From NCBI RefSeq assembly GCF_001997385.1, contig NZ_CP019633.1, positions 1,470,001-1,502,000 of the forward strand: DNA of 32,000 nucleotides, in the 5' to 3' direction. This DNA comes from Sedimentisphaera cyanobacteriorum. Its GTDB lineage: Bacteria > Planctomycetota > Phycisphaerae > Sedimentisphaerales > Sedimentisphaeraceae. This document shows positions 15,804 to 24,503 of the stretch, one piece after another (position 1 is the first letter of the stretch; each line of letters starts with the position of its first letter). The notes beneath the pieces were generated by a model. It made no database searches. It was not told where the DNA came from and worked only from the letters and a program-made list of their open reading frames with translations. Made by a program: the position numbers and the translations under genes.

Positions 15804-17095
15804 TCATCTTCAATCCTTTCAAGCCTGCCGCCAATACTGCTCATCAGTTCGGGGAAAGTGGGGAAAGTAACGTCAACAGCCTCTGCGGCAGAAATAGAAA
15901 GCTCTATCCCCCCTGCAATCGCTGCCACGGCCATAGACATTATTATACGGTGGTCGTAATACCCGCTGACCTCACCTGAGAAAAGCTTACTGCCTCCCTT
16001 TATAATAAGCCCGTCGGGGAGTTCGGCTATATCCGCTCCGATTTTACCCAGCACCTCTGCCATACATTTGATTCGGTCTGTTTCCTTGTTCCTTGCCTGT
16101 GCCACATTATAAAGCCTCGTTGTGCCCTCAGAGAGCGCAGCAGTAACAGCCATAATCGGAAGCGCATCGGGGGTTCTGTTCATATCTATGTCGATCCCCT
16201 TCAGCGAAGAGGCCTTAACAGCGGTTGTGCCGTCTTCGAAAATCTCTATATCCGCCCCCATCTGCCTTAGATAGTCTGCAACAGCCTTATCGGGCTGGCT
16301 GTCTGAATAGTCAAGCCCTTCAATTACCACATCCTCCCCGCAGAGCGCCGCTGCGCAGAGAAAGAACGAAGCGCTTGAAAAATCTGCCGGCACAGTTTCA
16401 TCAAAATTTTTGTAGCTCTGGCCTCCTTCAATACGAACGTTTGAAAAATCCTCTTCGCAGGAATATTTAATATTCTGCTTATCGAGCCAATCGAGGGTTA
16501 TGCCCACATAATCGGGCTCATAAAGAAGAGGAACCTCTATCTCACTGCGTCGCTCTGCAAGCGGGCAGCAAAGAAAAAGACTCGAAAGATACTGGCTTGT
16601 CCTGCATTCAATGCTCGTTCGTCCGCCTTTGAGCGTTCCTTTAATCTCCACAGGCGGGAAGCCGTCGCTGTTTACCGAAACCGCCTCTGCCCCGAGGTCG
16701 CTGAGCGAATCCAGCAGAGGCTGGACAGGACGCGAGCAAATCTGACGGTCTCCTGTGAACCTGACCGGCCTGCTGCCTTTAGTTAATGCAGCAAGGCCTA
16801 TCGCAAGGCGGAGAGTGGTTCCGGAATTGCCTACATCAATCTCGCCGTTTGGAACGGACGGGCTGCCAGCAACCCCCGAGATCTTCCATACATCATGACT
16901 GCCCCTTTCTATCTTAACGCCCATTGCCTCAAAGGCCTTCAGTGCGCTTAGAGTATCACTGCTGAGAAGAGGGCTGCGAATCAGGCTTTCCCCCTTGGCA
17001 AAGCCTGCAATAGCGGCAGCTCGTATCGTATGAGATTTAGACCCGGGAATCTTGACACTGCCGGAAAGACGTGAACCTGAGGCTTTAATTATCAT
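15800..17095 (-). CDS. aroA: 3-phosphoshikimate 1-carboxyvinyltransferase (EPSP synthase)
   Basis: MIIKASGSRLSGSVKIPGSKSHTIRAAAIAG... is the EPSPS N-terminal PGSKS motif, and the length is full at about 431 aa. ATG 17095 has AGGTG 6 nt upstream. A GTG at 17104 is an alternative start. Its stop overlaps the stop of the convergent gene (CTAA at 15800-15803). Confidence 0.92.
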   Translation of the reverse strand: MIIKASGSRLSGSVKIPGSKSHTIRAAAIAGFAKGESLIRSPLLSSDTLSALKAFEAMGVKIERGSHDVWKISGVAGSPSVPNGEIDVGNSGTTLRLAIGLAALTKGSRPVRFTGDRQICSRPVQPLLDSLSDLGAEAVSVNSDGFPPVEIKGTLKGGRTSIECRTSQYLSSLFLCCPLAERRSEIEVPLLYEPDYVGITLDWLDKQNIKYSCEEDFSNVRIEGGQSYKNFDETVPADFSSASFFLCAAALCGEDVVIEGLDYSDSQPDKAVADYLRQMGADIEIFEDGTTAVKASSLKGIDIDMNRTPDALPIMAVTAALSEGTTRLYNVAQARNKETDRIKCMAEVLGKIGADIAELPDGLIIKGGSKLFSGEVSGYYDHRIIMSMAVAAIAGGIELSISAAEAVDVTFPTFPELMSSIGGRLERIEDD

Positions 17096-17268
17096 AATCA
17101 GCACCTATATTTTCGAACATTTTTAGAGAATAATACATAATACAGCTGGCAAAACAACCCATAGAAACCAGCATCTTCAAATTTCATATTTAAAAGATTA
17201 TTTCAAAATCAGCAAAAAATCAGTATATTACGCCGGCTGAAAAATTAAATTAGAAAAGGAGACAAACC

Positions 17269-19020
17269 TTGGCGGAACTTTTATCAGGTAATGCAGCGAT
17301 TGCCAGAGGTGCATACGAGGCCGGAGCAGTGTTAGCGGCAGGCTACCCGGGCACTCCATCCACCGAAATTCTGGAGAATGCTGTAAAGTACAAAGACGAC
17401 ATTTACCTCGAATGGGCTCCGAATGAGAAAGTGGCTCTTGAGGTAGGGGCGGCCGCTGCGATGGGCGGTACGAGAAGCATTGTTACGATGAAGCATGTTG
17501 GGCTGAATGTGGCGGCGGATCCACTGATGACGCTAGCTTATATAGGCGTTGAAGGCGGACTGGTGATCTGCGTGGCAGACGACCCGGGCATGCACTCCTC
17601 CCAAAATGAACAGGACACGCGAAACTACGCAAAATTTGCAAGGCTTCCTATCTTCGAACCGACAAGCAGTCAGGAAGCTAAAGACTTCGTTGCTATGGCT
17701 ATGGAGGTTTCTGAGAAACACAAAACCCCCGTACTGCTGAGAAGCACAACGAGGGTGAGCCATTCACGCAGCCTCGTGGAGCTGGGCGAAAGACAGGAGC
17801 ATAAGAGCAAAGGCTTCCAGAAAGACGTTCAGAGGTTTGTTACCGTGCCTGCATTCTCAAGGCAGATGCGGCTGAAAGTGGAAAAACGCACCGCAGAGCT
17901 AAAGGCTGAGGCAGAAAGCAGCCCTGCAAATAAAATAGAAATGGGCGATAAAAGCCTCGGTATTATAGCGTGCGGAATCACTTATCAATATGTTAAGGAA
18001 GTTTGGCCGGAGGCCTCAGTTCTCAAGCTTGGCTTCTCTCAGCCATGGCCGGATGATTTGATAGGCAAATTCGCCGGCGATGTTGATAAGCTTCTTGTCG
18101 TTGAAGAGCTCGATCCTCTGCTCGAAGAGCATATCAAAGCGATGGGCATTGAATGCCACGGGCGTGATGCAGTAAGCGGAATCGGGGAGCTCAGCGTAAG
18201 CACACTACGTGAATCAAGGGCAAAGCTTGAAGGCCGCCCTGCTGAAAAACCTGCGTACGAGAATAACGCTGACAAGCTGCCTGGCAGGCCGCCGGTGCTT
18301 TGCGCAGGCTGCCCGCACAGAGGGGTTTTCTATGCGCTCACAAAGCACGATGTGGTAGTGGCAGGGGATATCGGCTGCTATTCGCTCGGTGCGTTCAAGC
18401 CTCTCGAACGGCTTGACATTATACTCTGCATGGGCGGAGGCGTTTCTATGGCGCACGGACTCGACAAGGCCGGCGAAAAAAAGAAGGTTGTGGGGATCGT
18501 AGGAGATTCCACCTTCTTCCACTCCGGCATAACAGGCCTTCTGGATATTGCGTACAACAAGGGCAAATCCACGATTATCGTTGTTGACAACCGCACCACC
18601 GCAATGACAGGCCACCAGGACCACCCGGGCACAGGACGAACGCTTATGGGCGAGCCCACTGTAGAGGCGTCAATCGAAGATATAGGCAGGGCCTGCGGTA
18701 TCAAACGAATCAGAACGCTGAATCCGTATGATCAGCAGGCAACACAGAAGGCTCTGGATGAAGAGATAAACGCCGACGAGGCGAGCCTCGTAATCTCGAA
18801 AGCCCCATGCATTCTTCACGACAGAAGCGGCGTTAAGCCGGCGCTGGAGATAGACAGCGAGCTTTGCAAGAACTGCCGGATGTGTCTGAAGCTGGGCTGC
18901 CCGGCGATCGAGGCTTCAGAAGGCGAGAAACCCTCAATCAGCTCAATTCTCTGCACCGGCTGCGGTCTGTGCAGGCAGATATGTAAATTCGGAGCAATCA
19001 GCGGAGGCGAAAATGAGTGA
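17269..19020 (+). CDS. iorA: indolepyruvate:ferredoxin oxidoreductase subunit alpha
   Basis: The N-terminus LLSGNAAIARGAYEAGAVLAAGYPGTPSTEILE matches IorA, and the C-terminus has two Cys clusters (CKNCRMCLKLGCP and CTGCGLCRQIC). It uses a TTG start with AAGGAG upstream and encodes 583 aa. Confidence 0.92.
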   Translation: MAELLSGNAAIARGAYEAGAVLAAGYPGTPSTEILENAVKYKDDIYLEWAPNEKVALEVGAAAAMGGTRSIVTMKHVGLNVAADPLMTLAYIGVEGGLVICVADDPGMHSSQNEQDTRNYAKFARLPIFEPTSSQEAKDFVAMAMEVSEKHKTPVLLRSTTRVSHSRSLVELGERQEHKSKGFQKDVQRFVTVPAFSRQMRLKVEKRTAELKAEAESSPANKIEMGDKSLGIIACGITYQYVKEVWPEASVLKLGFSQPWPDDLIGKFAGDVDKLLVVEELDPLLEEHIKAMGIECHGRDAVSGIGELSVSTLRESRAKLEGRPAEKPAYENNADKLPGRPPVLCAGCPHRGVFYALTKHDVVVAGDIGCYSLGAFKPLERLDIILCMGGGVSMAHGLDKAGEKKKVVGIVGDSTFFHSGITGLLDIAYNKGKSTIIVVDNRTTAMTGHQDHPGTGRTLMGEPTVEASIEDIGRACGIKRIRTLNPYDQQATQKALDEEINADEASLVISKAPCILHDRSGVKPALEIDSELCKNCRMCLKLGCPAIEASEGEKPSISSILCTGCGLCRQICKFGAISGGENE

Positions 19021-19591
19021 TACAACAAGCGTAGTGCTTGCAGGCGTAGGCGGGCAGGGGATTCTGCTCGCAAGCGAAATCACTGCTCAGGCAGCGAGGA
19101 TTTCCGGTTTCGATGTAAAAACAAACGAAGTGCACGGTATGGCTCAGCGAGGCGGGTCTGTGATAGCGCAGATTCGCTATGGCACGAAGGTACACAGCCC
19201 GCTTGTGGCAAAGGGCGAGGCTAAGGTGCTCGGGGGACTGGAGAGAATCGCAGCGATTAGATACGCAGACTACCTCTCCAAAGGCGGGCTCGTAGCGGTG
19301 AACAGCCAGATGATGGTTCCGGTTACTGTATCGATGGGCATGGGCGAATATCCGGCAGATGCGGAAAAAATGCTCAGAGATAAATTCGAGAACCTTATCT
19401 ATATAGACGCCTCAGAAGAGGCAAAAAAGCTCGGGAACGTGAAAGCAGCAAACGTTGTGCTGCTGGGGGCTCTTTCAAAAGGGCTCGATAAGCTCAGCGA
19501 AGAGGCTTGGCTTGAGGCGGTGAAGATCAGCGTGAAGCCGAAATTTATAGATCTCAACATCAAGGCCTTCAAAACCGGAAGAGAAATTTAA
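19013..19591 (+). CDS. iorB: indolepyruvate:ferredoxin oxidoreductase subunit beta
   Basis: VVLAGVGGQGILLASEITAQAA...NEVHGMAQRGGSV is typical of IorB and the gamma-type subunits of 2-oxoacid:ferredoxin oxidoreductases. It overlaps iorA by 8 nt. Confidence 0.92.
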   Translation: MSDTTSVVLAGVGGQGILLASEITAQAARISGFDVKTNEVHGMAQRGGSVIAQIRYGTKVHSPLVAKGEAKVLGGLERIAAIRYADYLSKGGLVAVNSQMMVPVTVSMGMGEYPADAEKMLRDKFENLIYIDASEEAKKLGNVKAANVVLLGALSKGLDKLSEEAWLEAVKISVKPKFIDLNIKAFKTGREI

Positions 19592-19617
19592 CCGAAAGCG
19601 ATAAATCAGCGAAACCC

Positions 19618-19656
19618 AAAGCCCCGGCAGAACCACCTGCGGGGCTTTTATTTTTC
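19618..19656 (+). terminator. rho-independent terminator after iorAB
   Basis: The stem AAAGCCCCG (19618-19626) pairs with CGGGGCTTT (19640-19648) and is followed by TATTTTT. Confidence 0.75.
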
Positions 19657-19687
19657 CCTCTACCGGAAAACAGTAAGCTTGAAAACA

Positions 19688-19939
19688 CTAATCTTGCTTT
19701 TGTAGATATCTGCTCTTATCCAACTGAGCTTCGATAAAATTGATTATCTCCTTCCATGCCTCTTGATCTATATTCCTGCTTTCTTTCTGCGAACTGCTTA
19801 TCTTCTTCAGTAAATGTAAAGTATTTTCAAGCTGTTTAATTTGAGCCTCTCGGTCTTGAGCAGATTCTGTTTCAATTGCAGATAATCGCATTATTTCAGA
19901 AACTTCTTCAAGAGAGATATTCATAGATAACATTTCCAA
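19688..19939 (-). CDS. hypothetical small helical/coiled-coil protein (orphan)
   Basis: An 83-aa ORF with a TTG start (an ATG lies 2 codons in). It is visibly AT-rich compared with its neighbours. I recognised no motif and saw no convincing promoter or RBS. Confidence 0.4.
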   Translation of the reverse strand: MEMLSMNISLEEVSEIMRLSAIETESAQDREAQIKQLENTLHLLKKISSSQKESRNIDQEAWKEIINFIEAQLDKSRYLQKQD

Positions 19940-19959
19940 ATCTTCAAGACTTGAAGATT
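19939..19959. promoter_or_regulatory. perfect 21-bp palindrome at the 5' end of the small ORF (candidate operator or hairpin)
   Basis: The sequence is AATCTTCAAG-A-CTTGAAGATT. A third half-site, CTTGAAGA, recurs at 19987-19994. Confidence 0.3.
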
Positions 19960-20015
19960 GTGCATAACAAGGCCTCCAAAGCCAGTCTTGAAGAAGAACT
20001 GAAAGATCGTCTGAG

Positions 20016-20037
20016 TTAACCCCGATTTCTCACTTAG
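20016..20037. repeat. IS left terminal inverted repeat
   Basis: TTAACCCCGATTTCTCACTTAG is the exact reverse complement of 21986-22007. Confidence 0.95.
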
Positions 20038-20166
20038 CGTTCAAAATCGTGAAAAATCAAAATTTTTTCTTTGATTCTGCGTTGTAATCGGCGTTTAAAA
20101 GTCTCTTTAGTCTCTGGTACAGACCTGCCCTATTGCAAGTGATTTTTCATCAGCAATAATATTGTT

Positions 20167-21927
20167 ATGTACTTGAAGAAGCACAAGCGAAAGAAGAATG
20201 GTAAGATCAATTCCTATTACAGCATAGCGGAGAAGCGTAAGGTTTCTCGCGGGCGTTATGTTGAGAAGATGGTGCTGTATCTTGGTGAAATCTCTGATTC
20301 TCAGAAGAAGTCTTGGCAGAGATCCATTGAGATAATCAACGAGGACAACAAGCCTGTCCGCAAGTCATTATTCGCTTTTGATCAGGACAATCACACACAT
20401 CACGACATAGATACGATTCCGGTAAAGCTCTCAAAGATGAAGCTTAACAACCCCAGAACATTCGGGGACTGCTGGCTCGGCTGCGAGATATGGGATATGC
20501 TGGGATTAGACACCTTCTGGTCGGAGAGGATAGACACTGCCAAATCGCCGGTTGACTATTCCAAAGTTGTAAAATTGCTGACAGTAAACCGTCTTATCAA
20601 GCCCGGAGCGGAGTTTTATGTCCACCGGCACTGGTTCACTCAGACCGCAATGGATGTATTGCTGGGCTGTGAATTTGATGTTGCCGAAAAAAACCGGCTT
20701 TACCGTTGTCTGGACAGGATATTGCCGTATAAAGAAGAGCTTTGTTCTTATTTGAAAGACACATGGCAGATGATGTTCAATCTGGAATATGACATTCTGC
20801 TTTACGATATAACCAGTACTTATTTTGAGGGATTATGCAAAAGCAATCCCAAGGCAAAATTCGGCCACAGCAAAGACCGCAGAGGCGATTGCAGGCAGAT
20901 TCTTATCGCTTTGGTAGTTACCCCTGAGGGATTTCCGATCAATTATGAGATACTCGCCGGCAACACCTCAGAGAGAACAACGCTTAAACCCTTGTTAAAC
21001 AAGATAGAGTCGAAATACGGCAAGGCAGGCAGGTTATGGCTGATGGACAGAGGTATTCCAACAGAAGCTGTGCTGGAGTATATGCGTGATAACGGGATTG
21101 ATTATCTTGTCGGAACGCCCCGTAAGCTGCTGGATGAATTCCAAGAAGAGCTTTCTGTGAAAAGCTGGTTTGATGTAAATGGAATCGTTCGCATAAAGCA
21201 TATAGCCAAAGATGACGAATGCTATATTCTTGCTCGAAGCAAAGAGAGAATGGCTAAAGAACGGGCTATGCGTAAAAGAAAGCTCCGTAATTACTTAGAA
21301 GGACTGGAGAAGTTAAAGAAATGCCGCAGCCGAGATGTTTTTATGCAAAGGCTCGGCAAACTCAAACATCAGGCGGGCAGCTGCCGTAAGTGTGTAACTC
21401 TTACGATTCCCCGAAATAAGGAAAGGATTGAGAAGGGCGAGTTTGATTATAAGTTTGAAGCGAGCAAATATAAAGAAATGATATACCGCGACGGCACATA
21501 CTTTTTGCGTACAAACCAGTCTGGCAAGGATGGTGCAGCCCTGTGGAAGGAATATATGCTTCAGTGCAACGTTGAGCAGGCATTCAGGGAGCTCAAGAGC
21601 GATCTGGGAATTCGTCCTGTCTATCACCATAAGCAAGACAGGGTTGAGGCTCACGTGTTTGTAGCGTTTATGAGCTATTGTTTGCAAGTAACACTGAGGC
21701 ATAAGCTCAGGGCAAGCGCCTGCGGGATGACTGCTCAGGCGGCATTAGCAGCAATGTCTCGGATCCAGATGCTGGATGTTTCATTTGAAACGCAAGACAG
21801 CAGAACTCTGCTTATGCAGAGATATACCGAACCGGAAGACGAACACAAGCTGCTGCTGCAGAAATTGAAGATAGAACTGCCGCCGCAAAAACCTCCGAAA
21901 ATATACAGCGGGAAACTGAAAAAATAA
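20167..21927 (+). CDS. IS1634-family DDE transposase
   Basis: The N-terminus MYLKKHKRKKNGKINSYYSIAEKRKVSRGRYVEKMVLYLGEI is typical of IS1634-type transposases. Candidate DDE residues lie in LLYDITSTYFEG, LWLMDRGIPT and NVEQAFRELKSDLGIRPVYH...EAHVFV. Confidence 0.92.
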   Translation: MYLKKHKRKKNGKINSYYSIAEKRKVSRGRYVEKMVLYLGEISDSQKKSWQRSIEIINEDNKPVRKSLFAFDQDNHTHHDIDTIPVKLSKMKLNNPRTFGDCWLGCEIWDMLGLDTFWSERIDTAKSPVDYSKVVKLLTVNRLIKPGAEFYVHRHWFTQTAMDVLLGCEFDVAEKNRLYRCLDRILPYKEELCSYLKDTWQMMFNLEYDILLYDITSTYFEGLCKSNPKAKFGHSKDRRGDCRQILIALVVTPEGFPINYEILAGNTSERTTLKPLLNKIESKYGKAGRLWLMDRGIPTEAVLEYMRDNGIDYLVGTPRKLLDEFQEELSVKSWFDVNGIVRIKHIAKDDECYILARSKERMAKERAMRKRKLRNYLEGLEKLKKCRSRDVFMQRLGKLKHQAGSCRKCVTLTIPRNKERIEKGEFDYKFEASKYKEMIYRDGTYFLRTNQSGKDGAALWKEYMLQCNVEQAFRELKSDLGIRPVYHHKQDRVEAHVFVAFMSYCLQVTLRHKLRASACGMTAQAALAAMSRIQMLDVSFETQDSRTLLMQRYTEPEDEHKLLLQKLKIELPPQKPPKIYSGKLKK

Positions 21928-21959
21928 CACATCTTTGGCGACAGACCAACCCCTCTGAC

Positions 21960-21986
21960 GGGGGTAAAAACGCACTTTTTACCCCC
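21960..21986. other. subterminal 11-bp-stem hairpin abutting the IS right inverted repeat
   Basis: The structure is GGGGGTAAAAA-CGCAC-TTTTTACCCCC. It lies between the transposase stop and the right IR, and could end the tnp transcript or block read-in. Confidence 0.6.
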
Positions 21987-22007
21987 TAAGTGAGAAATCG
22001 GGGTTAA
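21986..22007. repeat. IS right terminal inverted repeat
   Basis: CTAAGTGAGAAATCGGGGTTAA is the exact reverse complement of 20016-20037. Confidence 0.95.
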
Positions 22008-22068
22008 GTAATTATTCTTAATGCCAATGAACTGGAAAGGCCTAAAAGCCATAGATAAAATGACAAAT

Positions 22069-22117
22069 AAAAAAACCGCAATTAATGGTGTAAAATAAAT
22101 GACACCAAAAATTGCGG
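22069..22117 (-). terminator. rho-independent terminator after the sulfatase gene
   Basis: On the minus strand, CCGCAATT...(GGTGT..ACACC)...AATTGCGG (22076-22083 and 22110-22117) is followed by a U7 tract (A-run 22069-22075 on plus). It lies 29 nt after the stop at 22147. Confidence 0.7.
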
Positions 22118-22146
22118 CTGTTATTACTTTAAGTATCAGCTTAAGG

Positions 22147-23580
22147 CTATGGGTATTTTCTCTCTTCTGCCCTCGTATCAACTTCCATTCGGTGTTTGAG
22201 AATTTGATTGCGTTCCCATTTTTTGCCTTCTCGCCACTTCGGCTCTTTAAGCTGTTTTTCCCAATTTTCATACTCTTGGAGGAGTTCTTTCACCTTATCA
22301 GGATGTTTTTTGGCAAGATTAGCGGTCTCAGATTCATCCTCAGCGAGATTGAAAAGCAGCAGGGGATTATCACCTGCCTTTATGAGCTTCCAGTCGCCTT
22401 TTCGAACTGCACCAGCAACCGCCCTTCTCCAGAAAAGGATATTATGAGGTCTGCTTTTGTTTTTGCCCTGCAAATACGGAAGCAGATTAACGCCGTCCAG
22501 AGGCTTGCCAGAATTCATCTGCTTCTTATCCGCGCCTGCAGCAGCGAGGGAAGTAGGCATTATATCAAGCGTGCTTACCGGGTAGTTATAGTCTTTGCCG
22601 GCAGGGATCTCGCCCGGCCATTTAACTATAAACGGCACTCTTATACCGCCCTCCCACTTCGAGCCTTTCATTCCGCGCAGCTTTCCGTTGCGGGAGCCGT
22701 TGTTGGTTGCGCCGCCGTTATCGTTTACGAAAAACAGCAGGGTGTTATCGTCAAGGCCGAGCTTATTGAGCTTATCCTGAAGCCTTCCGACGTTGGTATC
22801 GAGAGATTCTGTCATGGCGTTGTGGATTCTTCTGCGTCTGGGGTCTATTTTTCGGTACTTGTCTATGAGGTGGTCCGGGGCCTCCATAGGCGTGTGAACT
22901 GCATTGTAACAGAGGTAAATGAAAAACGGCCGGTCTTTATTATTCTCTATGAATTTCATCGAAGCATCGGTGAGGTCTGTAGTCATATAGCGGATTTTAT
23001 CCTCATCAATCTTTTCATCGCAGGTTCTCAGGGCGTGGGTTTCGTCCACGTCTTTGTTAGTAAAGTAGTGCCGTGCGCCGGAAAGAAAGCCGTAGAATTC
23101 GTCAAAGCCTCTTTTGCACGGGTGAAACTGCTCCTGATAGCCGAGGTGCCATTTGCCTGCAGCGAAGGTTTTGTAGCCTTGGGTCTGCATTCGAGCGCCG
23201 ATTGTTTTCTCTGAAGGGTCGAGCCCCATATCATCCATCGAATAGCCTTCAACAGGGGAATTCGGCCCGTTGCATTCATGCCCGAATCTCTGCTGATACC
23301 TTCCTGTTATGAGCCCAGCGCGGGAAGGCCCGCATACAGATGCGGTAACGTACCCTTGGCGGCAGGTTGTTCCTTGGCGGGAGAGGGCGTCGAGATTGGG
23401 GGTTGGGGTATCCTCGCAGCCGGTAAAGCCGAAATCTGCATATCCTGCATCGTCGGAGAGAACGACAATTACATTCGGTTTTCTTTCAGAAGCCGCTGCG
23501 AAACCTGCCGGTGCAAAGGCAGCGAGCCCCATCATTTTAAGAGCCTGTCTTCTTGAGAGCATACATAAGCCTTTCAACAT
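22147..23580 (-). CDS. Cys-type (formylglycine) sulfatase with a Tat-like signal peptide
   Basis: SRRQALKMMGLAAFAPAGFAAA is a twin-arginine-type signal. VVLSDDAGYADFG...SVCGPSRAGLITGRY is the sulfatase CxPxR signature. An alternative start at ATG 23562 has the better RBS (GAAAGG). Confidence 0.9.
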   Translation of the reverse strand: MLKGLCMLSRRQALKMMGLAAFAPAGFAAASERKPNVIVVLSDDAGYADFGFTGCEDTPTPNLDALSRQGTTCRQGYVTASVCGPSRAGLITGRYQQRFGHECNGPNSPVEGYSMDDMGLDPSEKTIGARMQTQGYKTFAAGKWHLGYQEQFHPCKRGFDEFYGFLSGARHYFTNKDVDETHALRTCDEKIDEDKIRYMTTDLTDASMKFIENNKDRPFFIYLCYNAVHTPMEAPDHLIDKYRKIDPRRRRIHNAMTESLDTNVGRLQDKLNKLGLDDNTLLFFVNDNGGATNNGSRNGKLRGMKGSKWEGGIRVPFIVKWPGEIPAGKDYNYPVSTLDIMPTSLAAAGADKKQMNSGKPLDGVNLLPYLQGKNKSRPHNILFWRRAVAGAVRKGDWKLIKAGDNPLLLFNLAEDESETANLAKKHPDKVKELLQEYENWEKQLKEPKWREGKKWERNQILKHRMEVDTRAEERKYP

Positions 23581-23622
23581 AATATTCTTTTAAGGTTTTA
23601 TGTTTTAAAATGGCAGTATTTT

Positions 23623-24498
23623 TCAGAAATTGCAAAGAAAAATCGCCAGTAAGCACCAAATGGCTACAGAAACTGTAAACGGGATATCTTTGAGCACAAT
23701 ATCAACAGGCCCTTCGTATTTGCCGCGCATTGATACAAGGGCAAATCTGAATGTTCCGTACACAATTAAGGGAAAGGTGTAAACCAGCCTTTCAGAGCCT
23801 ATTCTCGCAATCGTTTCAGGGCTGGTGGACCAAGCGAGAAACGCCATAAGAGCGAGCGAGGCGCTGAGAGTGATCAGATGGGTGAGAAGGTTTGGGGTGT
23901 AATGCTGCATCGTGCTTCGGTGGCTGTTTCTCTTTTCGCTGTCCTCAATGGCCACCATCTCGCTGTAGCGTTTGCAGAAGCCCATAAACAGACAGAGGGT
24001 GAACATACATACAAAAAGCCACGGACTAATAGCCACGCTGATAGCCTCTGCGCCTGCACTTGCGCGAAGTACGAAACCCAGCGCTATGATAATTACATCC
24101 AGCAGAACAAAGCTCTTGAGCTTTGCGCTGTATAGAAGCTGCATAAAGAAATAACATGCTGAGAAGACCAGAAATGCAGTTCCAAGCAGAAAGCTTAAAC
24201 CTAACCCCAAAACAGCGAGCAGCCCGCCGGTAAGCAGGCCTGCTTTTTGGGAAATCTGACCGCTTGCTATAGGCCTGAAACGCTTTCTGGGGTGATGGCG
24301 GTCTTCTTCGGCATCGAAGCAGTCGTTTATCGCATAAACAGCAGAAGAAAGCAAACAGAAAATAACGAATCCCTCTGCGGCAGATAAAATCGCTCCTGCA
24401 TCGAAAATCCGTCCTGCAAATATGATCGGCAGGACAACTGCACCGTTTTTCACCCAGTGAGCAGGTCTTAGCAGACGGATTAGTGCAGGGAGCTTCAT
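23623..24498 (-). CDS. UbiA-family prenyltransferase, decaprenyl-phosphate phosphoribosyltransferase-like
   Basis: LIRLLRPAHWVKNGAVVLP...YAINDCFDAEEDRHHPRKRFRPIASGQIS matches the N-terminus and first Asp-rich motif of DPPR synthase (Rv3806c-type) homologues. The protein is 291 aa and polytopic. Confidence 0.82.
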   Translation of the reverse strand: MKLPALIRLLRPAHWVKNGAVVLPIIFAGRIFDAGAILSAAEGFVIFCLLSSAVYAINDCFDAEEDRHHPRKRFRPIASGQISQKAGLLTGGLLAVLGLGLSFLLGTAFLVFSACYFFMQLLYSAKLKSFVLLDVIIIALGFVLRASAGAEAISVAISPWLFVCMFTLCLFMGFCKRYSEMVAIEDSEKRNSHRSTMQHYTPNLLTHLITLSASLALMAFLAWSTSPETIARIGSERLVYTFPLIVYGTFRFALVSMRGKYEGPVDIVLKDIPFTVSVAIWCLLAIFLCNF

Positions 24499-24503
24499 TA
24501 AAC

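Larger units (their letters stand above)
20016..22007 (+). mobile_element. IS1634-family (IS4-related) insertion sequence, apparently intact, 1992 bp
   Basis: Perfect 22-bp terminal inverted repeats bracket a single 586-aa DDE transposase ORF. There is no flanking direct repeat. Confidence 0.9.

Noticed and set aside
17653-17660. A TTCGAACC string resembling a tRNA T-loop.
   Set aside because: It lies inside the iorA reading frame, with no flanking acceptor or anticodon stem complementarity.
19940-22146. The idea that the IS split a larger gene. The small ORF frame is open up to the IS boundary and encodes a dockerin-like NSDDLSVLLQDW.
   Set aside because: I joined the flanks directly. One frame hits a stop at 22082-22084 after only about 25 codons with no ATG. 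The other open frame terminates at 19944-19946. The far flank is occupied by the sulfatase terminator. There is no positive evidence for a split gene, so I kept it only as a caveat in a finding.
21735-22271. A 178-aa minus-strand ORF running from the sulfatase 3' end across the IS right inverted repeat into the transposase 3' end.
   Set aside because: It overlaps two solid CDSs out of frame and reads straight through the sulfatase terminator and the IS end. No real gene could predate the insertion in this form.
22099-23214. A 371-aa plus-strand ORF overlapping the sulfatase gene.
   Set aside because: It is antisense to the sulfatase CDS, which has the CxPxR signature and a Tat signal. It starts inside the sulfatase terminator and its composition is non-protein-like.
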